A stretch of DNA of 46,065 nucleotides from Candidatus Bathyarchaeia archaeon (GTDB lineage Archaea > Thermoproteota > Bathyarchaeia > TCS64), in NCBI GenBank assembly GCA_050014495.1, contig JBEKDF010000023.1, positions 1-46,065 of the forward strand. The letters run 5' to 3'. Every line of letters begins with the position of its first letter. Position 1 is the stretch's first letter. Under the pieces are notes generated by a model. It did not search any database, was not told the origin of the DNA, and worked only from the letters and a program-made list of their open reading frames with translations. Shown here piece after piece: positions 19,242 to 28,685 of the stretch. Both the position numbers and the translations under genes were made by a program.

Positions 19242-20297
19242 CTAACTATTTCTTGCCGAAGGGCCTTGTTCTTCCTTTACAGTCGACCAATTCGGGAAGG
19301 CGTCCCTATATGACTTATAGTTGGTGATGCCCTCCGCTGAGAGCACCGCCCTCACGATGGATCTGGCCACGGCATCAGCGGCCGATGCACCGAGGAGGTT
19401 TAGGGCTCTGGCTGTGCTTCTACTATAACGGGTCTCTTCGATGGGGAGTTGTGTCCTTCCAGTAGCTATGCAGAATAAGGTGTCTCCGTCGACCATTGTA
19501 TGGCAGGGGTAGATGGCGCGGGCTATGCCATCTTGCGCCATCATCGCGACCTTGGTTGCCTGAGCCTTCGTGAGTATCGCATCTGTGGCTACCACGCCGA
19601 TGGTTGTATGGGCGCCGGGCTCCCCAAGGAGCTGATGATAGTCTGGGTTGCCGACAGAGAGATCCCTTCTCAGTCCCCCGAACTCGTCACCGATCTCCAG
19701 GTGGCGAGCGTAGAATGCGCCGGTCTCTCTGTCGAAGGCGCTTCCAGTCGAGTTGACGACGGCTATGGCGCCTATAGTTATGCCATTATCAAATGTCTCG
19801 CTGGCGGAGCCAAGCCCACCCCTGAATCCTCCTGAGATCGCCCCTGTGCCCGCACCGTGGTTTCCAAGCTCGACAGCTGAGGCGGAGGCATGATAAGCGG
19901 CGTGGTATCCTGCGTCCTCGCCGATGTGGCCTGGTTTCTTTCCTCTGCCCAGGTCGAAGATGACTGCTGCGGGTACTATGGGGACCACCTTTCCTTCGCC
20001 GACGGGGTGTCCGATCCCTCTTTCCTCAAGGTATCTCATTACCCCGTCCGCTGCGGCTAGGCCGTAGGCGCTCCCACCGCATAGAGCGACTGCGTCAACG
20101 CGCTCGATGAGGTTGACGGGATCGAGGAGATCGGTTTCCCTCGTGCCTGGTGCGCTACCTCTGACATCTACGCCGCCTACGCCACCTGCAACGGCCAACA
20201 CGACCGTTGCCCCTGTGAGCACCTCGGGGTCGGTGTGGCACCCAACCATTATACTTGGAACATCCGTGATTGAGTTAAGTGGACCTGTGCGCCTCAA
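19242..20297 (-). CDS. P1/S58 family peptidase (DmpA-like L-aminopeptidase/D-amidase)
   Basis: NSITDV, GVDVRGSAPGTRETDLL, GGSAYGL, VPIVPAAVIFDL, GAGTGA, HTTIGVVATDA, DGDTLF. Confidence 0.9.
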   Translation of the reverse strand: MRRTGPLNSITDVPSIMVGCHTDPEVLTGATVVLAVAGGVGGVDVRGSAPGTRETDLLDPVNLIERVDAVALCGGSAYGLAAADGVMRYLEERGIGHPVGEGKVVPIVPAAVIFDLGRGKKPGHIGEDAGYHAAYHASASAVELGNHGAGTGAISGGFRGGLGSASETFDNGITIGAIAVVNSTGSAFDRETGAFYARHLEIGDEFGGLRRDLSVGNPDYHQLLGEPGAHTTIGVVATDAILTKAQATKVAMMAQDGIARAIYPCHTMVDGDTLFCIATGRTQLPIEETRYSRSTARALNLLGASAADAVARSIVRAVLSAEGITNYKSYRDAFPNWSTVKEEQGPSARNS

Positions 20298-20453
20298 AAT
20301 TCAGCCACCTGCTTAAATGCCCCACTTTTAGGTTAAACGTCTTGCTAGAGATCAAGTCGCGGATGTAAAGAATGAGGCGTGTGTGTGTAGCGATTAAGGA
20401 GTTTATACCAAGAATTAGGAATCATTAAGTTACTTTATTCCTCACTCTATTCG

Positions 20454-20798
20454 GTGAATTTCTTGAGTGAGAAGCAAACAGATCTAATTGGTAAGGTCTA
20501 CAAATTGAAGGACCTTATCGAGTATCAGGTTGGTTCAGTCGTAAGTCGAACTATAATCGATAAGGACGTGGGGACCGTTACGCTGTTCGCTTTCGATGAG
20601 GGGGAGGGCTTGAGTGAACACATGACTCCCTATGATGCGTTGGTAATCGATCTCGACGGTGAGGTTGAGATCAAGATCGCTGGGAATAAGAACCATCTTA
20701 CTGAGGGCGACGCGGTTATTATGCCAGCTAATAAGCCTCACGCTTTGCGGGCTCTTACCAAGTTCAAGATGATGCTAGTGATGATTAAAGCTGAATAA
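20454..20798 (+). CDS. Cupin domain protein
   Basis: SVVSRTI, TLFAFDEGEGLSEH, MPANKPHAL. Confidence 0.88.
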   Translation: MNFLSEKQTDLIGKVYKLKDLIEYQVGSVVSRTIIDKDVGTVTLFAFDEGEGLSEHMTPYDALVIDLDGEVEIKIAGNKNHLTEGDAVIMPANKPHALRALTKFKMMLVMIKAE

Positions 20799-20838
20799 GT
20801 TCGTGCGCGTTAAAACGATGCTACTCGACCCCACTAAA

Positions 20839-21648
20839 TCATTTTATCCTTGAGAGGATTTCCTCCCTCTCGAACATACTAAGCCCGATCTTTAGAATCA
20901 CGACGTCGATGGCGACGATGACGATGAAGATGATTATGATAGCACCTGGGACAAGGAGTAGGACCCCAAATGCCTGCCCGATGACTAGTGCCATAATCGG
21001 TAGTATTATGAGAACACTAAGTTGCTGAGCCTCTCTGAACCCCTTTACACGGGCTGACACTATGACGGTGAGGGCTATTCCTGCAACTGATATCGCTGGC
21101 GCCAATAGAAAGATCACTAACACCCAGTTGATCGTCGGTAATATGAGGCGGCCGAAGAGACCGAATCCGAGGTAATCCACCAAGGCTGTGTAGGCGAGGA
21201 AGGAGGCCAGGGTCACGATCATGGATGGGACGAAGGCGACCAGGATCTTTCCTAGTATAAGCTCGGCGTCGGTAAGGGGGGTCGCCAGGAGGCCCTCGAT
21301 AGTTTTCCTCTCCTTCTCCCCAGCGAAGCTGTCGCTTGCAATTACGCTGCTCGCCATAGCAGGGATGAGGAGGAAGAAGGGTAGAAACAGGTATGTTAGA
21401 AGATAGTAGGTCATTGTTTGTTGGGCGTTGAACCCAGTAAATTCGGCCCTTACGCTGTCGGGGAGGAGACTTAGAAGGCTGCTTATATTACCTGTCGAGG
21501 AGGAGCCGCTTGGTATGAAAATGATCACTGATGGAAGTACAATCGAGAAGATCAGGGGAACGATGAGTATTGGCATCATTATCTCCCAATTCCTCCTGAT
21601 TTCAAGCCAATCCTTCCTAAATACGAGGATAACCCTATCCGTTCTCAC
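20839..21648 (-). CDS. ABC-2 type transporter permease
   Basis: DSFAGEKERKTIEGLLATP motif; about 6 TM segments. Confidence 0.88.
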   Translation of the reverse strand: MRTDRVILVFRKDWLEIRRNWEIMMPILIVPLIFSIVLPSVIIFIPSGSSSTGNISSLLSLLPDSVRAEFTGFNAQQTMTYYLLTYLFLPFFLLIPAMASSVIASDSFAGEKERKTIEGLLATPLTDAELILGKILVAFVPSMIVTLASFLAYTALVDYLGFGLFGRLILPTINWVLVIFLLAPAISVAGIALTVIVSARVKGFREAQQLSVLIILPIMALVIGQAFGVLLLVPGAIIIIFIVIVAIDVVILKIGLSMFEREEILSRIK

Positions 21649-22586
21649 TCTGACGCCTCCTTCGTGAGCTCGAGGTAAGCGTCCTCGAGTGATGGCTTGA
21701 GTATGTTCACCGACTTCACACGTGCTCCAATGTCCACCAGTCCCTTTATGATGTCGGAGGTCTCAGCCTCAGGGTCATCGAGGTCGAAGACGAGTGAGGT
21801 TGAGCCCTCGCTTTTGACGGCGTTGACGTGCCTCATCTTAGATGCACTGTTGAGAAGCTTGTCGTTGACCTCTTCTAGTGTGACTTTGAGCTCGGGTGCG
21901 CCTCGGAGTTTCTTCTGAAGATCACTTATGCTGCCGGTGGCGATTGCTGCGCCTCTCCTGATTATCATGACTCTGCTGCAGAGTCTCTCAGCCTCCTCCA
22001 GGTTGTGTGTGCAGAGGACTATGGTGTGCTTCTCCTGGCGGCTCATCTTCTCCATCAGGTCTCGTATATCCTTCGCAGCCCTTGGGTCGAGGCCGGATGA
22101 AGGCTCGTCGAGGAAGACTACCTGAGGACTGTGAACTAGGGCCTTCGCTATAGCGAGCTTCTGCCTCATCCCCTTGGAAAACAAGCCCACCTTATCCCCA
22201 CGACGGTCCCAGAGATCGAAGAATTCTAGGAGCTCCTTGACGCGAGCGTTCCTCTTAGCCTGATCCTTAAGACCGTAGGCCTCCGCGAAGAATTCCATGT
22301 TTTCCAACGCGGTCAATCTGTCGTATATTCCGGGGTTCTCGGTTAGCACCCCGACCATCTCCCTGACCTTGAGTGGTTCTTTAATGATGTCAAACCCCGC
22401 CACCCTCGCGTGTCCCTCGCTTGGGGAGATCAAGCAGGAGAGGATTCTGACCGTAGTCGTCTTCCCCGAGCCGTTAGGGCCTAGGAGGCCAAATATCTCA
22501 CCGGAATCCACGCTAAAACTCAGGTTGTCAAGTGCGGTTAGGGTCCCGAAGCGTTTGCTAATATTTTCCGCCTCGATGTCTGGCAA
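21645..22586 (-). CDS. ABC transporter ATP-binding protein (DrrA-like exporter)
   Basis: GPNGSGKT, FSKGMRQK, FLDEPSSGLDP, CTHNL, C-terminal PSLEDAYL. Confidence 0.95.
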   Translation of the reverse strand: MPDIEAENISKRFGTLTALDNLSFSVDSGEIFGLLGPNGSGKTTTVRILSCLISPSEGHARVAGFDIIKEPLKVREMVGVLTENPGIYDRLTALENMEFFAEAYGLKDQAKRNARVKELLEFFDLWDRRGDKVGLFSKGMRQKLAIAKALVHSPQVVFLDEPSSGLDPRAAKDIRDLMEKMSRQEKHTIVLCTHNLEEAERLCSRVMIIRRGAAIATGSISDLQKKLRGAPELKVTLEEVNDKLLNSASKMRHVNAVKSEGSTSLVFDLDDPEAETSDIIKGLVDIGARVKSVNILKPSLEDAYLELTKEASE

Positions 22587-22700
22587 GGGCGTTCTTATCT
22601 AGTATTTGGAGTCGGTGATTTAAGGAGGGGGATGGTGACTCGTTAACTTATATATGGAAGTGAGGTTTCGTACGCTCGGATGTAGCCATTTGTGAACTTT

Positions 22701-23051
22701 CTAACCTTTGAACGTTATCGAGTACATCGCACCTATCGGTTTCATAGCCTCATCGATACGCTTGATGAGGTCCTCCATATACTCGTGAGTCGGCTTTACC
22801 ATCCATACGAAGACGAAGTCGTAGCCCTCTAGATCTTCGGCCTTCGCCAAAATCTGGCCACATCTCTCGTAGCTAACCTTCCCGCGTCCCTTGAAGTAAT
22901 TGTAGATCCAGTCTACTGTTTCGGTGAAGGGATCAGAGTGAACTAGGAGGGGATTCATGAGGCAGATTACTGGGTTCTCGACTGCTATGCGCTCTAGGGC
23001 GTCGATGGCCTCAAGGTAGGGTGGACCATATATGCGTATGAGTGCCTTCAG
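22701..23051 (-). CDS. Hypothetical protein, about 116 aa, probable CTG start
   Basis: The frame is open 31 codons upstream of the tracked ATG (22958), reading (L/M)KALIRIYGPPYLEAIDALERIAVENPVICLMNPLL...; AGGTG lies 7 nt before the CTG at 23051. Confidence 0.65.
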   Translation of the reverse strand: MKALIRIYGPPYLEAIDALERIAVENPVICLMNPLLVHSDPFTETVDWIYNYFKGRGKVSYERCGQILAKAEDLEGYDFVFVWMVKPTHEYMEDLIKRIDEAMKPIGAMYSITFKG

Positions 23052-23118
23052 CTTCCAACACCTATGGATGCTGAGTAAGCATCGCGTATAATACTTAGTA
23101 CAGTAATCTTGATGGGTT

Positions 23119-24153
23119 CTAGGGCGCCGAGATGCGCTCTATGAAGGCTTCGACTAGTTTAATTGTGTTCTCGATGTCCTCAACCGTTGTTATCGAGGCT
23201 GGGCCGTGAATGTACCTACATGGTACAGCTATTGTGCCGCTTGGGATTCCTCCCTTAGTCAGGTGGATACTGCCCGCGTCGGTTCCACCGCTCGGGATCT
23301 TCTTGAATTGGTATGGTATCTTTCGCTCCTCAGCAGCGTCTGTTATGGCTTTGAGGACCTTGGGGTGGGCGATGACGCTTGCGTCTGCTATTGTGACAAC
23401 TGGGCCTTTTTTGAGTGATGCGGGGATCATGTGTGGCGCCATGCCGGGCATGTCGACGGCGAATGTGCCTTCAAGCGCTAGGCCGTAGTCTGGGTCAACC
23501 TGGTAGGCCGCTGTTTTGCTTCCCCTAAGTCCGACCTCCTCCTGTACAGTTCCCACGGCGACGATGTTGTAGGGCGACTTCTTGAGGGACTTGAAGACCT
23601 CGGCCATGACGTAACAGCCGGCGCGATCATCGAGGGCCTTACCCCTGATGTAGCCATCCCCGAGTTCGAGGAATTCAACGTCGAAGACCCCGGTCATCCC
23701 CTCAAAGGCACCCCTGGTTATGGCCTCTTCCCGTGTGCATGTACCAATATCAACGAAGAGGTCATCGAGGATCACAGGTTTCTTCCTGTCCTCCTCGCTC
23801 ATTATGTGTGGGGGTTTAGTACCGATTATTCCTCTAAGGTCCCCCTTCTTCCCGCGGAATATCAGCCTCTGCCCTGGGAGGATGTTGGGGACTATACCCC
23901 AACTGTGGAGTCTGAGATAACCCTGGTCCTCGATGTATCTCACGAGGAAACCAACCTCATCGGTGTGGGCTGCTAGCATGATTAGGGGATTATCCTTCTT
24001 CCCCCTGTGCCAGAAGATGATGTTTCCGAGCTTGTCGACCTTTGTCTCGTCGGCAATTCCCTCGAGCTCGGTTCTCAGTATTTCTCTAGCCTCGTCCTCA
24101 TAACCGGGAGGACCGTAGGCGTTTGATAGCTTCCTGAGTAGTGTGATGTTCAT
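23119..24153 (-). CDS. M42 family aminopeptidase (TET-like)
   Basis: GPPGYE, AAHTDEVG, KALDDRAG, TVQEEVGLRG, GGTDAG, PCRYIH. Confidence 0.93.
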   Translation of the reverse strand: MNITLLRKLSNAYGPPGYEDEAREILRTELEGIADETKVDKLGNIIFWHRGKKDNPLIMLAAHTDEVGFLVRYIEDQGYLRLHSWGIVPNILPGQRLIFRGKKGDLRGIIGTKPPHIMSEEDRKKPVILDDLFVDIGTCTREEAITRGAFEGMTGVFDVEFLELGDGYIRGKALDDRAGCYVMAEVFKSLKKSPYNIVAVGTVQEEVGLRGSKTAAYQVDPDYGLALEGTFAVDMPGMAPHMIPASLKKGPVVTIADASVIAHPKVLKAITDAAEERKIPYQFKKIPSGGTDAGSIHLTKGGIPSGTIAVPCRYIHGPASITTVEDIENTIKLVEAFIERISAP

Positions 24154-24233
24154 AGAGTATCGTTTCTGATTGGTGTGATAGGCGATTTAATACTTAAGAG
24201 CGGCATTTGCTATTCTTCGCAGGTTTTAGTGGG

Positions 24234-25058
24234 TTAGATCCTTGAGAAGATTTGTTTGACCGAGTCGATACCGTCCCCTACTACTTCGATGTTGTACATT
24301 TCGCCGAGTCCCCTCTCGTGGCCCCATTTTATGTGTTCTATTGTCTCGGGGTTGATCCCCATTACCCTTGTTGCAGTGGCGTCTGTTGCCACTGGGTCGG
24401 TGCCGGCTATGATCGTGTCCATCTTGATTGGGTTGCCGTTTACGGGTCCTTTACCCTCCATGCCCACGAAGCCATCGATCACGGTGAGAGCGGGTTTGAG
24501 TACGGTGTTAATGTCAACTATGACCTTGTCCATGCCCCTCATGTGGTACTTTCCCTTGAACTTGTCCGGGAGGAGCCCGAACATGTTCTTCATCCCGAGG
24601 GTGACACCGGTCTGCGTGTGGGTCTTTAACTTCGCTGCGCTGACTATGGCGGCCTCTGTGACGATTCGTGGAACCTTGATGGACTCGAGGGTCATCGCAT
24701 TAGGAATTGGAATCTCAACCGTATCCTTCTCATATCGGAGGTTGATGAAGCGTACGCCGACACGATCGCACATATCCTTCATCCCGCTAGCTACGCATGC
24801 TTTGTCGGCGTTTGTCATCGTTGCATCCGATTCGACTATGAGGACCTCAACCGGGATCTCTCTCAGTCGATTTACGATCGCCTCGACTACTACGGGGTCC
24901 GTGGTGGCTCCCGTCTCCCAGTTCTTAGTTGTGATGAAGTTCACCTTAACTAGGACTTTATCCCATTTTCCGATGGCCTTCCTGTAGTCCACGAGGTCGA
25001 GGGCCCTGTAAACTGGTTCTGGTCCTCGACTCCCTTTGACGACTGCGACGCGTGGCAA
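24234..25058 (-). CDS. DUF362 family protein
   Basis: VLVKVN, TTDPVVV, AKLKTH, TLGMKNMFG, VIDGFVGMEGKGP, DPVATD. Confidence 0.85.
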   Translation of the reverse strand: MPRVAVVKGSRGPEPVYRALDLVDYRKAIGKWDKVLVKVNFITTKNWETGATTDPVVVEAIVNRLREIPVEVLIVESDATMTNADKACVASGMKDMCDRVGVRFINLRYEKDTVEIPIPNAMTLESIKVPRIVTEAAIVSAAKLKTHTQTGVTLGMKNMFGLLPDKFKGKYHMRGMDKVIVDINTVLKPALTVIDGFVGMEGKGPVNGNPIKMDTIIAGTDPVATDATATRVMGINPETIEHIKWGHERGLGEMYNIEVVGDGIDSVKQIFSRI

Positions 25059-25152
25059 ATAGATCAGAGATGGAATTAGATCGCCTGTAATAGACTTTTG
25101 TTAAGAAAACCATTACTAGTTGATGAGTTGTCTTCTCAACTAGCGCTCGTAA

Positions 25153-26514
25153 TTATTGCAGTGAATGAGTTTCACTGTTTCTTATGGGTTCCTTGTAAAC
25201 TTGATGCCGTTTTCGGGTTTTCCTTACCTGCTCTACTGATATGGGTATCATTATGATGAGAAGTAGAGAACCGAGTATCAGGGGGGATATCATGAGTGCT
25301 TTAGATAGTTGTGGGTCGAGTGCAGTATTCGGTGAAACATACTTCATCACAAATATCTGCATGTCCAGTCCCTCCCAGTACGTTTCTCCTACTACATACA
25401 CGTCGTTCCCATTGACCGCTGCTGCCCTCGCCCTGTCTGTGTTAATTCCCCCATACCAGTCCCTCCAGATCAAATCACCTTTTGGCCCAATCTTACACAC
25501 TGTGGCATCGGCGGTATCTAGAAATAAGTAAGTCCAGGTGTGGCCAACGATGTAGGTATAATCGCCGGCCTGTGCAACCCCCCAGGCCATGTCCTCGATC
25601 GGAGAATCGCCGAGGATCATGGTAGACAGCAGGTCCCCATTCGAGCTATACTTGAGTAGAACTTCTCTAGCGGTCCCGTTGCCGTATCTCATGTATCCCG
25701 CTACCGCGATTTCCTGCTTAGCGTCCACTGCGTTGGCGACATTGTTTACTCCGATCGAGTATTCCCTTACCCAGATTGGTGTTCCGTCTAGGCTGATCTT
25801 CCTTAGAAGCATCTGTGTGGCGGGTTCCCCGAGTTTTCCAGGGTTTCTGATGTCATAATCCGCCTCGCCACAAAGGTACACCGCGTCGCTAACGGAGACG
25901 CCCCAAGCGGTCTCTGGTCCCTGGGAGTCGAATACTGTGGAGAAGAGTAGGTCGCCGTTGCTGCTGTATTTTAGAAGAAATTCTTGATCATTCAGAGCTG
26001 ATTTTACCACGTATCCCGAGACGTAGATGTTGCCTTCTTTGTCTAGGGCGACTCCGCTCGCTTTAGCGTCGACTCCGGGTCTCCACTCTTTGGCCCATAT
26101 TAGCCGCCCATCGAGGTCATATTTGAGGAGTAGGGAATATGATGTGTTTTCCACTATGTGTATGCCACTTATGTAGAGTGACTTGCCGTCGGAGGCGGAG
26201 CCACGACCCATGGTGAAGTCCCTCTCCCAGTAGGTCTCGTTCCAGAGGAGTGTACCATTTTGATTATATTTTAGGAGGACGAGGTTCACGGAGCCTGGTC
26301 CGTAGCTGAAGGATGCACCTGTCACAAATATTGAGCTATTCGCATAGGCGACTCCGTATGCGTAGTCCCGGTATTTACCGCCCCACGTCGTCGTCCAGGC
26401 TATGATGTTGGAGGTTGGGTCGCTGAGGATCAGTTCCCTCTGGGTGACTAGGAGTGTAATTGTGATACATTCCAACACGAGCAGAGCCAGATATATGACG
26501 CCGACCTTTCGCAT
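25153..26514 (-). CDS. Membrane-anchored beta-propeller repeat protein (SBBP-like)
   Basis: N-terminal signal/TM, repeated LLKY(N/D/S)xxGxL(L/I)W blades, C-terminal TM followed by a basic tail. Confidence 0.72.
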   Translation of the reverse strand: MRKVGVIYLALLVLECITITLLVTQRELILSDPTSNIIAWTTTWGGKYRDYAYGVAYANSSIFVTGASFSYGPGSVNLVLLKYNQNGTLLWNETYWERDFTMGRGSASDGKSLYISGIHIVENTSYSLLLKYDLDGRLIWAKEWRPGVDAKASGVALDKEGNIYVSGYVVKSALNDQEFLLKYSSNGDLLFSTVFDSQGPETAWGVSVSDAVYLCGEADYDIRNPGKLGEPATQMLLRKISLDGTPIWVREYSIGVNNVANAVDAKQEIAVAGYMRYGNGTAREVLLKYSSNGDLLSTMILGDSPIEDMAWGVAQAGDYTYIVGHTWTYLFLDTADATVCKIGPKGDLIWRDWYGGINTDRARAAAVNGNDVYVVGETYWEGLDMQIFVMKYVSPNTALDPQLSKALMISPLILGSLLLIIMIPISVEQVRKTRKRHQVYKEPIRNSETHSLQ

Positions 26515-26630
26515 TCAATGAAATGTATGGGACTAGGTTAATGAGGTTTGAGCGGATTGGTACGAGTGATAAAAAGTAATAGTATTTAACTGCCCCTGAC
26601 CTCACTTCAGCGAAACGTGCTGGTACTGCC

Positions 26631-27752
26631 ATGAAGTTCAGTAAGCTGCCCATAAGTAAGGAGCTGAAGAAGGGGCTCAAGGAGATCAGTTTTGACGATA
26701 TGTTTCCCATCCAGGAGAAGGCTATACCCCCAATGCTCGATGGGAAAGATGTCATAGGGCAGGCTAAGACTGGTACGGGGAAGACGGCGGCGTTTGGTGT
26801 CCCAATGATCCAGCTTTTTGATCCCTCCAAAGCCACCGTTCAGGGACTCGTCCTCGCACCGACGAGGGAGCTCGCCCAGCAGATAACGGAGGACATCAAT
26901 GACTTCGCAAAGTACACCAAGGTGAGGGCGATAGCAGTTTATGGTGGTGTGTCCATCGATAAGCAGTTCATAGAGTTGAAGAGGGGGCCCACAATAGTGG
27001 TTGGGACGCCTGGTAGGATAATTGATCATCTTAACCGTGGCACCCTCAGCCTCAGGGATGTTAAGATGCTCGTCCTGGATGAGGCTGATAGTATGCTAGA
27101 CATGGGCTTCGTCGATGACATAGAGTACATCTTGAAGCGTACGCCTAAGGAGAAGGAGATGAGTCTTTGGAGTGCAACTATCGATGACCGGACTTTGAAT
27201 ATTAGTAGTCGATACATGCGTGACGCAGAGTTCGTTAACGTTAGTCGAGACGAGATTGGACTGACCACCATAAAGCAGCACTATATCCTCGTCCCCGAGC
27301 ATGAGAAGGAGGAGACGCTTAAGCGAATCATAGACTTCTACAAGATAGACCGCTGCATAATCTTCTGTAGGATGAAGATCGGCGTCGACGACCTCTATGC
27401 TGTGCTAAGTAGGGCGGGTTATAATGTTGAGGCCATACATGGTAACTTCACACAGACTAGGCGCCAACAGGTTCTAGACGGCTTCAAGCAGGGAAAGTTT
27501 AGCATCATGATTGCAACCGAGCTCGCTGCTAGGGGCCTCGACATCGAGGATGTCCCGTGGATAATCAACTATGATATTCCTATGGATCCCAACATGTATT
27601 TCCACCGTGTGGGAAGGACCGCGAGGGCTGGTAAGGAGGGTAACGCCGTTACTCTGGTTACTCCAGATGAGGAAATAGAGCTCGAACGCATCAAGGCAAT
27701 GACTAAGATTCCTATAAACAAGCTTACGCTCCCTCCGGCTTTTCTTTTTTAA
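26631..27752 (+). CDS. DEAD-box RNA helicase (core only)
   Basis: Q motif, AKTGTGKT, PTRELA, TPGR, DEAD, SAT, ARGLD, HRVGRTARAG. Confidence 0.95.
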   Translation: MKFSKLPISKELKKGLKEISFDDMFPIQEKAIPPMLDGKDVIGQAKTGTGKTAAFGVPMIQLFDPSKATVQGLVLAPTRELAQQITEDINDFAKYTKVRAIAVYGGVSIDKQFIELKRGPTIVVGTPGRIIDHLNRGTLSLRDVKMLVLDEADSMLDMGFVDDIEYILKRTPKEKEMSLWSATIDDRTLNISSRYMRDAEFVNVSRDEIGLTTIKQHYILVPEHEKEETLKRIIDFYKIDRCIIFCRMKIGVDDLYAVLSRAGYNVEAIHGNFTQTRRQQVLDGFKQGKFSIMIATELAARGLDIEDVPWIINYDIPMDPNMYFHRVGRTARAGKEGNAVTLVTPDEEIELERIKAMTKIPINKLTLPPAFLF

Positions 27753-27782
27753 AAAAAATATTCGGGGAAAAGTCTGATATTC

Positions 27783-28619
27783 TTAATCTTTGGGCGGCGT
27801 TTGTGTAGCTTCGCCCTCGGGTTTTGGCATCTGATTTACCCCGTAAATTCCCATCATCGACATCTGCCCACCCGGACCGGCTGTCGGTATGTTTGAGGGG
27901 ATGAGTATCATGAGGTTCTTCCCCTGGAGTCCCAGCTCGTAGACGATGTTCATCCATCTCAGCTCGAATGCCCTGTCGTTATCCTTGTACATGTTGGCCG
28001 CCTGAACCATCTTCTCCGCCGACTCGTACTCCGCGAGTGAGAGTGTGACCCTTGCCCGCCTCTCCCTCTCTGCCTGAGCCTGACGTGACATGGCGTCCTG
28101 CAGGGCCTGGGGGATGCCTACGTCTCGGATCTCCACTGCCGTGACCTTAATTCCCCAGTTCTCTGTCTTGCTATCAATAATTCCCCTGGCGATGTTTCCC
28201 ACCCTCTCACGCTCTGTGAGGAGCTCATCGAATGAGGCTTGACCAATCACCTCTCTGAGTGTGGTCTGAGCGGCAAGCTGTGTGGCTTGGTTGAAGTCGT
28301 TCACGTTCAGAATCACCTTTTGGAGGTCCACTGGCTGGAAATACATCACTGAGTCAACAGCCACCGGGATGTTGTCCCTCGTCAGGCTCTGCTCCGTTTT
28401 AAAGGAGACGACCTGCAGCCTAGTCGATATTATGAATGGAACGTTACCAATGAAGGGTGGAACGTAGATTATCCCAGGTCCCTTCAGCCCCCTATATCTA
28501 CCCAGCATGAGGAGCGGGGCTCTCTCCCACTCCTTGAGGACTTTTATTCCGCTTACGAGAATAGCGATTACCACTAATGCTATGAGAGACGCGATACCTA
28601 ATGTGAATGCATCCGCCAT
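27783..28619 (-). CDS. SPFH/stomatin family protein
   Basis: N-terminal TM, GPGIIY, TRDNIPV.VD, AQTTLREVIG, WGIKV..VEIRD, QAQAERERRA. Confidence 0.92.
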   Translation of the reverse strand: MADAFTLGIASLIALVVIAILVSGIKVLKEWERAPLLMLGRYRGLKGPGIIYVPPFIGNVPFIISTRLQVVSFKTEQSLTRDNIPVAVDSVMYFQPVDLQKVILNVNDFNQATQLAAQTTLREVIGQASFDELLTERERVGNIARGIIDSKTENWGIKVTAVEIRDVGIPQALQDAMSRQAQAERERRARVTLSLAEYESAEKMVQAANMYKDNDRAFELRWMNIVYELGLQGKNLMILIPSNIPTAGPGGQMSMMGIYGVNQMPKPEGEATQTPPKD

Positions 28620-28685
28620 TTCCGTTGTTTCACCAGTTATTTAATGGGTGATGATTCTTATTTAACTTAGTTAAAAAGGGGAAAA

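Noticed and set aside
24256..24987. 243-aa plus-strand ORF
   Set aside because: Antisense to the DUF362 gene, with no recognisable motifs.
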